Shown here: piece after piece, positions 33,190 to 44,007 of the stretch | How positions within the stretch are numbered: the first letter of the stretch is position 1 | Layout: every line of letters starts with the position of its first letter | Source of the DNA: Eledone cirrhosa | Taxonomy: Eukaryota | Reading direction: 5' to 3' | DNA: 64,000 nucleotides | Assembly: GCA_964016885.1 (NCBI GenBank) | Contig: OZ024741.1 | Location: 71,362,001 to 71,426,000, forward strand | Position numbers and translations under genes: made by a program | Notes under the pieces: generated by a model | Told to the model about the DNA's origin: nothing | What the model saw: only the letters and a program-made list of their open reading frames with translations | Database searches by the model: none

Positions 33190-33560
33190 TCTTTTTCTTC
33201 TTCTTTTCTTCTTCTTCGCCCACATATTCCTGAGAGGGTCATGGGGCAGAGTTCTCAAACATTCCATCCAGCAGGTCCTGTCAGAAGCAACCCTCTCCAA
33301 ATGATCCGGCTGGATCCCGAAGCGAGACTAGCCAAGCTAATGGATGTTATCCAACTATCTCACTTAGAGTCTACCTCTGGGTCTCCTGTCGGTTGGTTTT
33401 GCTCGTAAAATCTGTCCAGCGATTCTTTCCTGAGTTATTCTAACCATAAGCCTATTCTTTGGAGTAACATTACTCGATAGAGTACATAGCTCAGAGATGA
33501 GAGAGTCACTCCAGGTAGAGCCACACTTCTCTGAATTGAGAGATCACAGCTCCAATATAA
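33190..33560 (-). mobile_element. RTE family C 3' fragment
   Basis: Minus strand reads KPTDRRPRGRL..WITS and ends in a (GAA)n tail. Related to 51340-51900 and 59800-60118. Confidence 0.65.
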
Positions 33561-34219
33561 ATACATATTATTTATATTATCCATAAATATAAATAACTGG
33601 TTGACTGAAGAAGCATTGGGAAAATTTGAAATGATGATGTCCCAATGCAGAAATGACCAAATATCACTTTTCTCAACTATTATTGAGAAGAATAAACAAA
33701 GGCATCTGTGAGGAATTAAATCTTGCATCTCAAAAGATGCAAGATTTGATTACTCACAGGTACTTCGGTATACGTTTTCCTATCTCCAGAGGTATTTTAC
33801 TCAATTTTCTCAACTATTATTTATAGTGACCAACTATTATGTTGGTCACATGGTCAGTCGTCGGCGACTAAACAGGCAACCCCACCAAGTTTACTTGGTG
33901 AGGAGAGTGAATTTGGACACCCTACAGGACAAAAAACAAAACCTAACAAAGGGCGGAAGAACTCACAAGAGTTAACGGCCTTCTAAAAATCAAAAAAAAA
34001 ATCCTGCCAAATCAATGGATGGCAGTAGTTCCAACTGCACACATCGAAATATTGGTGTAGTAGTTCTGAGAACAATGCGGCTTTGCAGATGATCAATGCA
34101 AATTGACAATGGAAAGGTGCTCCCACTCAAATTAGAAGAGAATTATTGACCTTCAGGAGAAGCAGTGACTCCTGATTGTATTCAGCAAAAAAAAAAATAC
34201 ATTAATAATTAAGTGCATA

Positions 34220-34845
34220 TCTATATAAATATAAAACTGAGGATGTCTCTGTGAGTTTGAATCCCTAAAACTCGAGAAGTACCCAACCAATTTTTTTCAA
34301 ACTTTACATCTGTATTACCTATGTTTCAGGGAGTGTTATGCACATAAATTCAACTTTTTTATCCCCTAGGTGAAAAACTGCGTTTTTTTTAGATTTTTAG
34401 GGCTTTTTTGAGGCGTTACGTCAGACCGATTTCCTTGAAATTGTAACTATGTATTAGTCAGTCTCTTCTTCATACCTTGAACAAAGAAAATCCTACTTTT
34501 TTTTATGGCCTAGGGTCCGTATTAGGTGAAAAACTTCATTTTTTCAGCTTTTTAGGGCCTTTTTGAGACGTTACATCTAGCCGATTTTCCCGAAATTTCA
34601 AGGCATATTGTGCACATAAAAAAAATTAATTTTCTTGATCCCCTAGGGCCCGCATTAGGTGAAAACCTGCATTTTTCCTGCTTCATCGAGAAAAATCTTA
34701 AAGATTATCCAGCCATCAGAGTATTCAGTTTATTTTCTTTACATATTGTCCAGGCATGCAGTTTTTCCACGATTAGGTCTGTTGGCGGCCCGCGTTCCAA
34801 AATACCTTATCCCATGCAATGCTGGGTACCACAAAAATACAATAG
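34220..34845 (+). mobile_element. Non-autonomous Helitron-like element
   Basis: 5' a|TCtatataaatataaaa; three internal subrepeats (cctagg..taggtgaaaa..tttttagggc); subterminal hairpin cccatgcaatgctggg (34811-34826); ends ..aatag|t. Confidence 0.6.
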
Positions 34846-35104
34846 TGTATATAGAGTAATGTAAATACTAAAGAATTAATGTAGTTTTCAGAAGGATTCA
34901 GTATGACGTAATATGTGACAAGGCTAACCTCTTGACTTATAGGTATAATTAATTTTAACCAGCTGAGTGGACTAAAGCAACATGAAATAAAGTGTCTTGA
35001 TCAAGGATACAATGTGCCACATACTCTGGGAATTAAACTCATCACCTTAGGATTGTGAGCTGAACACTCTAACCACTAGCCATGTGCTTTCTCATACATT
35101 CCAA

Positions 35105-35135
<31 letters not shown>

Positions 35136-35429
35136 ATAATTGTTTCTACTTTAGGCACAAGGCCAGAAATTACCTAGTGCATTACTGGTACTTTATTTTA
35201 TCGACCCCGTAAGGATGAAAGGCAAAATCAACTTCGGCGGGATTTGAACTCATAATAATATTATTTATAGTTATATATACACTATATACAACTATAAACA
35301 GGAAAAGTCAGTAATTCCTTACTACCTTATTACCAGTAAGAAAAATAGCTTAATGTAAATACATCAGATGTTTTACAGAGCAGGAATATAAATTACACAA
35401 TAATCAAAACTATGTTCAAAACATTTTAT

Positions 35430-35476
35430 TGCTGACAATCGTTTCTTCCAAACTTTTGTTTGGAATCATCGGAGCA
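35430..35476 (-). ncRNA. Minimal type-I hammerhead ribozyme motif
   Basis: Minus strand: tgct CCGATGA ttccaaac-aaaa-gtttggaa GAAAC gatt GTC agca. Confidence 0.65.
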
Positions 35477-36374
35477 CTAGCAAAGTTTGGACATATAATT
35501 GGAGCTGTAAACAACTATACATTTTTTCTATAGCTTATTTATATTTTATTCAGTAATGGATAGATAACAATATAATGAGACCTTTAATGTATTATAGGAA
35601 AATAGCATTATATAAAAGGGATTCACTTGTAACACAATATAATGTATATTAGCACAGGGAATTTAACCAATTGGAGCTGTAAACAACTATACGTTTTTTT
35701 CTATTTTCTTCTATCATATACAAATTAATCGCTAATTACCTCCCCTTTCACATTAGCTCCCCTTAATATAGATCTCAAACTCACTTCCGGAAATTAAACC
35801 ATTAGAAGAATCACTACAGAACAAATCGAACCCTGGATAACAGTATAATAGGACCAATATACAATCCATAACTGTAACTAATTATAAACATTCACTTAAA
35901 TAAAATATAACCAATGTAATGGAAAAGAAAACAATAGTATTAATACTCTCAACACATGCACATTTGAACATTACAGAAACAATTATCACACTACATCCAC
36001 CATAAACTCATCATTTTAATACACAAACATCTTTGTCTGCTTGATATGCTTGTAAACCTGTGTTATTTTATGTGATACCTTTGCGATACAGTAATTATAT
36101 ATGCCTAGTACCATTGCTTGTTTCCTACCTAGCTGTCCTGTATATGCCTAACGCATTTGCACTCTCTATACGCTTGCATATGTACTGCTAATGTCCTCGT
36201 TTTACGAGTAACTTTCTACCTTAATGCCTCTTTAATTATTATACAATTCTCTTGTAATCTCTGTCACATCCATTCCACTTTGTAAATATGAAACTGTTGA
36301 TGACAACATTAATATCCATGTTATATGATTGTTCAGTTGAATAGGAAGTTAATTATATGTCCAAACTTTGCTAG

Positions 36375-36421
36375 TGCTCCGATGATTCCAAACAAAAGTT
36401 TGGAAGAAACAATTGTCAGCA
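36375..36421 (+). ncRNA. Minimal type-I hammerhead ribozyme motif
   Basis: tgct CCGATGA ttccaaac-aaaa-gtttggaa GAAAC aatt GTC agca: 4-bp stem I, 8-bp stem II, palindromic loop III, GUC cleavage triplet, U4C core variant. Confidence 0.72.
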
Positions 36422-36511
36422 ATAAAATGTTTTGAACATAGTTTTGATTATTGTGTAATTTTTTTATATATATATATATAGAAGTGGTTACACAACAGTT
36501 AGTTCACCGTA

Positions 36512-36551
36512 CCGAGAACAATTGTTTCACCTTCGCGGATCTTCAGCTCGG
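36512..36551 (-). ncRNA. Minimal type-I hammerhead ribozyme motif
   Basis: Exact reverse complement of 36610-36649. Confidence 0.7.
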
Positions 36552-36609
36552 GATGTGTATGGTTATAGGAACAGGAAGGGTCCTTCCTGTTCCTATAACC
36601 ATACACATC

Positions 36610-36649
36610 CCGAGCTGAAGATCCGCGAAGGTGAAACAATTGTTCTCGG
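36610..36649 (+). ncRNA. Minimal type-I hammerhead ribozyme motif
   Basis: ccgag CTGAAGA tcc-gcgaa-ggt GAAAC aatt GTT ctcgg: 5-bp stem I, canonical CUGAnGA/GAAA core, palindromic AACAATTGTT at stem-loop III, GUU triplet. Confidence 0.72.
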
Positions 36650-37219
36650 TATGGTGAACTGTTGTGTAACCACTTCTACCTAACTCGTCCCTTGGACTGA
36701 GTGCTCTACCACTACGGATATTACCTTCCAGTGTTCTACCACTATATATATATATATATATACATACAAATGAACTTTAAGACAAGGTTGTGTTATTACA
36801 TAATTAAATTTATTCAGTTTTGCTCATTTCTGCAATGCTAAGTGAGCGCAGGTCACAATAGATGTGTGTCTCTGATTTAACCATATCAACACCTTTATAA
36901 CTTTTCTTGTGCAACTTCTGCTTAAATGCAAAATACTGTCTGATGAAGCCATGCCATCCTAGTTACGATTACATAACAACAACATGCTGGCATTTCAGAA
37001 ATGCATATAACTGAATAAATTTAATTATGTAATAACACAAACCTGCCTTAACATCTATTTGTAAAACGATACCCCGTCATAGTCTACACAATCCCATAAC
37101 CCTGTTGGATACATACAACTAACGTGGAGTACTTATCTTCTTGCTTACACCATAATTTATGGATTGAGATGGTCCAAATGGAATATGCACAATTAAACAA
37201 ACACTTAAATAAGAACAAC

Positions 37220-37249
<30 letters not shown>

Positions 37250-37252
<3 letters not shown>

Positions 37253-37935
37253 AGTGGGATAGCAGGCAAACTAACAGGTAAGGAAAACTACGTATGCAGT
37301 AGATGTACAGGAAAATTTGATAGTAGTAATCGCAGTGATAGACACATTTTTCAAATTGGTTGATAGCTTCCGGTACCTAGGTGATCAGATTAGTATCTAG
37401 AATAAGGACGGGTTGGAAGAAGTTTAGAGCTGCTTCCTTTGTTGACAAAGAAGGGTTTCTCCCTGCATACGAAAAGCCGGTTATATGATGCCTGTGTGAG
37501 ATGCGCGATGCTGCATAGTAGTGAGACGTGGGCAGTAACTACATAAGATATGCGATGGCTGGAGAGAAATGAAACAAGCATGTTCTGATGGGCAATGTCA
37601 ATGTGCGTGAACGACCAAGCAAAGATGAGTTAAGAAACTGTATAAGAGGGATAAGTTGTGGTGTGCGGGAGAGTAGACTGAGATGGTACGGACATGTGAT
37701 GTGCATGGAGGATGACCGTTGGGTAAAGAAGTGCCAAGAAATCCCAGTAGAAGGATGATGCAGTAGAAGAAGACCACGAAAAACATGGGTGGAGGTGGTG
37801 AGAGCAGACCTCAGATCACTGAAGCTCACGGAGGAGATGACGAAAGACTGTGACAAGTGGAGAGATGCTGTGCTGAATAGGACCCATCCCACCCTTGCAA
37901 TCAGGGAAAAGCAGATGTAAAATGATGATGATGAT
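37250..37935 (+). mobile_element. RTE family B 3' fragment, decayed
   Basis: CSGIAGKL..YVCSRC, DSFRYLG, RLYDACV and RLRWYGHV, plus a (GAT)n tail. Confidence 0.85.
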
Positions 37936-38006
37936 ATATATATATATATCATCATCATCATCACCGTTTTACGTCCATTCTTCCACGCTAGCATGGGTTA
38001 GACGGG

Positions 38007-38040
<34 letters not shown>

Positions 38041-38655
38041 TTTGGTGGCTATTTCTAATAATTGCATAGCAATAATCAATACTTGGTCAAGCCATTTGAT
38101 TAAATTTTCACCTCATACTATACCTTTTTCTTAAGCTGGAACTTCTCACTTGGAATGTAGCCTAAACAGAATCAAAGATTCCGTTTCCAGCAATAGACAG
38201 TATGACATTTTTATTTTATGATTTTTTTAATTGTTAAAATAAAAAGACATTTAAACAAGTTTTTATTGAGTTGAAGCTGGGTATTTTTAATCAGAAGTAG
38301 TAGCAATAACAACAGAGAGATATTTAATTAAATAATATGTGAGAGAGAGAGAGATATGTTTAGATAAAAGTGGTAGATAGATAGAAATGTTTAATTTGAT
38401 GAGATATGAGTTTAGGTTGAAACACGTGTTTACTTATGTGTGTGTGTCTTTCTGTTGTTTTTTTCCTATTGTCTTTGTCCTGTGCAGTCCCTACTTTGAA
38501 TATGTATATATACATATATATATAAGTATGTTTTGAAACAGCGAGTGTATTTGAAATTAGAAATAGAAGCTTTCGCCGTATTTTTTTTACTAAAGAAATT
38601 TTTTAGCCTGATAGTGGGGTTTAGAACCCTCGGAGAATTGGATAAAGATGAGTAT

Positions 38656-38726
38656 CGACGTACATGGGAGTCGAACCCACATCTTTGGTTATCCAGACCA
38701 CTGTGCTACCATTACACCAACACATC
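38656..38726 (-). tRNA. tRNA-like cloverleaf with anticodon GGA (probably a pseudo-tRNA or SINE head)
   Basis: GATGTGT TG GTGT-AATGGTA-GCAC A GTGGT-CTGGATA-ACCAA AGAT GTGGG-TTCGACT-CCCAT GTACGTC G. 71 nt; all four stems can form, with several G-U pairs and one mismatch. Confidence 0.6.
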
Positions 38727-39181
38727 ATAAATATATATATATATATATTTATATATGGTGATCCATTAAAGAATAGAGAGCTAGAAAGGAAGCACAATTA
38801 AAATAGGGTACTCAATACATGATGTAGAGAGGATAGTTCAGCATATTGGGGAGTGACTTTTACAGGGCTAGCTCTGTTTCATTTGGTGATGAAATCTTCA
38901 GAACACTCAGAACTTGTGAAAGTTAGCTCTCAATGAAATAATATATATATATATGAAAATTGAATTAGAATCTTTCACATATTTTTTACTACAGAAAATA
39001 AACCACCTGGGACAGTTCAGGGAGCTTATATACCCTGTCATTAGACTACTTTCTATAGAAAAATATTATGGTGAAAGCTTCTAATTCAATTCTCCAATTC
39101 TGCTTATTGTCTTCTAAACACACACACACACACACACACATACACTCTATGTATGTATGTATGTATGTATGTATGTATGTG

Positions 39182-40019
39182 TTTGTTTATCTCTTTCTCT
39201 TAATTTCGAGTACATTTTTTTGACCGGCCACCTTCCTGGTGGCAAGGTTGTAAAAGAAAAGAAATTGTCATCCCTTGAATCGCAAGAATGTTTTGCAAAT
39301 TTTGAAGGTGCCAGCTATCGCAGCCATTTGTAGACTATGAATTAGGGAGCTGCGCTTTTTGTCCGCAAATCCAAGTTCAGTCATACTTTGGTCCAATAAT
39401 GATGGATATGAAGCTAAAGGTGTATCTTGGATACTGGATTTGTAAACTCCTCATCAATGGTCCGTAGATGTCCTTCTCCTGTATTTTTCTGACAACGTTT
39501 ACATCAAGTGGGCAGCTGATCTCCACAACAGAACACGTTTTGAATGTGTGGTCCCAAACAACAATATCAGGCCGGTTGTGCTTTAATTTGGTGGCAGTTT
39601 TTATTTTCAGGTTCCACCAGTATTCCTTAGTGCCATCTGTCTCAATATATTCTTCCTCGTTTGTTGTTAATTTTGTTTTCCGAAGTGCGTTCCAGATGGT
39701 TCTAGCTATCCCATCGTGTCTCATGGGAGGTAGTAGCGAGATGACATTCTTTCGCAGCTGGCAACAATGTGGCTTACATCTTCGATCTTTGTTTTACATA
39801 GCCTACATTTATTGTCAGCTGCTGGCCCTCCTCTTTTGTGCAGCAGATATTTGGTAGGGAGTTCTTTTTCATGTATTGCATAGAGATATCCCTCAAGATG
39901 TGATGTCATAAACTTGTCGGAACTCCATGCCAGGCTTTTTGAGTGGTTTATCCCCTCTATAGTCTGTGTTTTACGCCTCAAGTATCCATGCACAACTTTT
40001 TCTGTAAATTGGTCAATTT
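39182..40019 (-). mobile_element. R4/Dong-type LINE 3' portion between (TATG)n arrays
   Basis: CRLC..EDVSHIVASC (CCHC), RHDGIA, WWNLKIKT..KHNRPDIVVWD..VVEISCP (RLE); ORFs 39721-40056 and 39377-39724. Confidence 0.85.
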
Positions 40020-41207
40020 TGTATGTATGTATGTATGTATGTATGTATGTATGCATGTATCACCGATTAACGTCAATTTTTCCATACTTAGCATATGTAT
40101 GTATGCATGTATGTGTGCATGTATGTATAAACACGATCATGTAAGGTGAGAGTGGTAGAGAAATATATGAAAAGTGGTGGGATTGGTCATGGGGAGGGGA
40201 GGTAGGAAGACAGAAAAGAAGTGAAGAGTTGTTTACAAAGATGTTTTTTTAAAAACTTTTAGTTGAGCAGAAAAGCAAAATAGAGGGTGTAAAAATAAAA
40301 ATATACAACTGACATCTGAGATTTTGTAATTATGCACCTGACAAACAGCAATTGCAAGCATGCAATTTTGTCAGACCATGAAACCTAAGGTTGCACAATA
40401 ATTTTTTTGTATACAAATCAGAATTTGAATGTATATATATATATATTGCCTCAAGTGGGAAAACTCCTGTCCAAACCCATGCGAGCGTGGAATATGGACG
40501 TTAAACGAAGATGATGATGATGATGATATATATATATATATATATACGTGTGTATGTATAGGTATAGGTATAATATAAATAGCTATGTGTGTTTATGAAT
40601 ATGTTATGTGCATGTAAGTGTGAAGGAGCTACAAAAAAGAATGATTGTTAAAAGAAAAAGTTAATCTGAACAAAGCGGGGCAATAAAGCAATTGAAAACA
40701 AAACAATCTTCTCTTCTAGATGACCCATTTAGTCCACATTGTGACCCATAAACCTTTAAGACTTAGATACTCTGATCAAACTTCTCCCACATCTCTGCAC
40801 CAGTTCTTATATGAAGTGATTACAAAAGAAACAAAAGATAAAGGGATATTAAAAATAACAATATCAAACATAGCCTTAAAAAATGATGAATACATCAAAT
40901 ACAATATCATAATTGAACAATAGCATTGCTGGTTGGTTTTCCAGTGGGCCAATCTGTACTTCTGATGGCCCATACGAAATGGGAGTGTCTGTAACTCAAT
41001 GCAGAACAAATACCTTAAAAGATTTGTTTCACCAAAAGATAAACATACCCCTGTATATATATATATATATATATAAAAGATTAAAGTTTAAGCAAAGAAT
41101 TGCTGCTTTCACCCTTAATGGGATCTTCTGAAACTAAAAAAAAACAAATATATATTATCCTTATCGAGCCCTCTTCGGATTTTAGTCTTCACATTTATTA
41201 TTATTAT

Positions 41208-41252
<45 letters not shown>

Positions 41253-41828
41253 ACTAAGACCGTATAAGCCTCAACTAGAACGTACACAAACCCAATCTAA
41301 ACCCAAACAAACACCAACTACAAACCTATAATCAACCTTAATCCCAACACCGAACTGCATTTAATTCAAATACGTCTTTCAATACCATACTCCGGCCAAA
41401 TGACAACCAGCTTGCTTCAATTACTGGCATGGGTGTGACAGATGTCATCAGGCTGCAGTCACTATTTTATGGAGTTTCTATATTACTCCGGAATAACTAT
41501 GACTGCATTACATAATTTGTATAGTACTCACATATAACCAATGATAAGCTTCTGCATAATTCCCTTCTCCTAAATTCTTCTGACAGGGTATAGTGTAATT
41601 TAATACTAGATATACATAAAAATACGAGATGGTCATGGCTTGTCTGCTCAGCCAAAGTTGACCTGGTGCTAAACAACGGCATTAAACCAAATGGTCATCT
41701 GATCACTGGTAATGTTTACCCCATTAACATGTCATAAACAATTCAGGTGTTTAAGAATTTTAGTCCCTTTCATCTATTTATGTATTCCACTTACCATTAT
41801 CCTTACATGTTTTCAAGATATTATCTAT

Positions 41829-42230
41829 TAACCCTTTGATTATCATATTTATAATGAAAGACACTACTTATGGTTTTCATTTTGAAAATAATTAACATTT
41901 TGGAGGGATTTAGTAATGTAACTAACTTTCTCATTATTTTTCCGGTGTTTTGAACAAAGGTTTATACATAAAATTATGATGGAAGATTTTTTGATAGATA
42001 TAAATGCTTAAGTCCTTTTCTTACTATATTTCTAATAAAAGACAAAGCCTATAATTTTCAAATCATTTTGAAAATAATCAAGAATTTGAAGTGATTTCCT
42101 AATATAATTATTTTTTCATTACTAAGATAGTGTTTGGAACATAGCTTAACAAATTATGATGAAGATTTTTTAGATAGATATAAATACTTAAAAGCAAACA
42201 ACTTAGTATCATGAAACCAGGGGTAATTCC
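41829..42230 (+). mobile_element. Two tandem family-P (piggyBac-like) MITE bodies
   Basis: Starts ttaaccctttg. The body repeats at about 41829-42010 and 42010-42225. Confidence 0.6.
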
Positions 42231-43601
42231 ATATCAAAAGGATTAAAGTTACTTGTTTTTTAGTCTTTGGCCAAACAACATTCCAAATATAGGGACCCTG
42301 CTTTAGATTCTTGAAATTACCAAACAAAACCTCTAAATTAAGGATTCTAAACATAAGGAGGAAATTTCAGAATGCAATGTTTTTTATTTTATTTTATCTA
42401 ATATTGTAAATTTAAAGTAGTATAATTAAGTAAACTTGAAATTTCATGTTATATTTTTTTATATTGAAGGCAGACATCATTTTTTTTATGTGTTGTGGTG
42501 AAGCATGGAGCAAAAATGGTTAAAATTCAATGGTCAAGATTGAGGGCACAAATGCCAAAACTCTATGGGGAGCCAAATGTTAGTCAGATTAAAGAAAATA
42601 CTACAAAAAGGCAACCATTATAAGGCCAATAGGGTCGACAGTAAACCTGTTGTATTATTGGTATTTATATTTCTTACTAGAGTCGATGAAATAAGTGATG
42701 ATCTACTGATCAAGTGTGTATAAATTAATATCTTACTAGCAGCTGTGTCGCACACTTGGGCAAGGTACATAACTCTTGCTTGCTCAAGTTAGTGTGACTG
42801 AAAATTGAAAAAAAAAAAAAAATCCTTGTTTCACCATCTTATTTCATGGTTCAGTGATCAGAAGGGCAGATATCCAGATTATAAAAACAATTGCTCAACA
42901 AATAAACCGATCAACCCATACAAAGATGTAAAATTGAATGTAAAACAAGAGAAAACAAAAAATAAATAAATAAATAAATAAATACCATACATATTTAGTT
43001 TGTTTTTCTGTTTTCGCCAACTTATTCTCTCACTCAGATGAAAGAACAACCCCCAAAACGTCAGATTCTTTTCGTCCCCATGGCATGAAATCATATCCAA
43101 ACTAATGAACTTCACTATATAATTTTTCCTGATGCAGAGTACTATCAGTATCTTTGTATTGTTTTTCACTGATTATACACACACACACACACACACAGAT
43201 TATATATATATATATCATAGGTATATATTGAGTTAGAAACTCAAAATAGCCTCTTACAATATAATAGCTCTTTTGTCTATAGTTAGTATTCTTTTCACCT
43301 TAGCGAATCTGGTCCCTTACGATTTGAACACATATATGTATATATCTGTGTTCATCTTTCTTTTATATTCAATTATAATATATATATATATACTCTTTTA
43401 CCTATTCAGCCATCCGGCTGTTTATAGTTAAAAATGAGTGTTTGATATATGTTAATTCAAATTTATCAATAGAATTAAATTTGAACCTTAGTTCTATTGT
43501 AGAATTCTCTATTCTGTTTTGCTCAAAATTATGAGTTCCAAGTTCCTGACTAGTTTAAAATCCCTAGCAAAATGGGTAAGTCTACTATAGAACTAAGGTT
43601 T

Positions 43602-44007
43602 TAACCCTTTCATAACCTTATTTCTAATTAACTACACTCTATTTCAATTAATTAATGAAGAATTTTGATTCTGGTAAAGAGGATGTAGAGATCTTCCTTG
43701 ATGACATCCAGCCATCTGCCAGAAGATCAGCATCACCTTGGAAGATGCAAAGGGGCTGGCACAGAACTGCCATTAATGGAGGGCACTGGCAGACCTGGTC
43801 AGCTCTACGCATCATGATGCCTCTGGGATCAATGACCTAAGATGACCCCAGTTTCACCAAGCAAGACTAAAATTATTGATTATTTCATTAGTTCTTATAT
43901 AAAAATTATGTTGGAAAATTTTAATCTAAATAGGAGCCCTTAAACTTGGCAGTTTTGTTTCATAGAACCAGGACCAGTTTTGGCTGGTTTGGTATCAAAG
44001 CAGTTAA
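43602..44007 (+). mobile_element. Family-P MITE interrupted by a LINE 3' stub (about 43670-43845)
   Basis: ttaaccctttc...gtatcaaagcagttaa termini, with an internal GC-richer block of LINE-like C-terminal sequence. Confidence 0.55.

Larger units (their letters stand above)
35390..36461. mobile_element. Penelope-like inverted-repeat element (111-bp arms)
   Basis: 35390-35500 is the reverse complement of 36351-36461 with one mismatch. Each arm carries a hammerhead motif. Confidence 0.7.
36479..36742. mobile_element. Penelope-like palindromic pseudo-LTR in a (TA)n array
   Basis: Arms 36479-36579 and 36582-36678 are near-perfect reverse complements (one 4-nt indel, one mismatch). The right arm extends about 65 nt further, and (TA)n flanks both sides. 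Confidence 0.75.
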
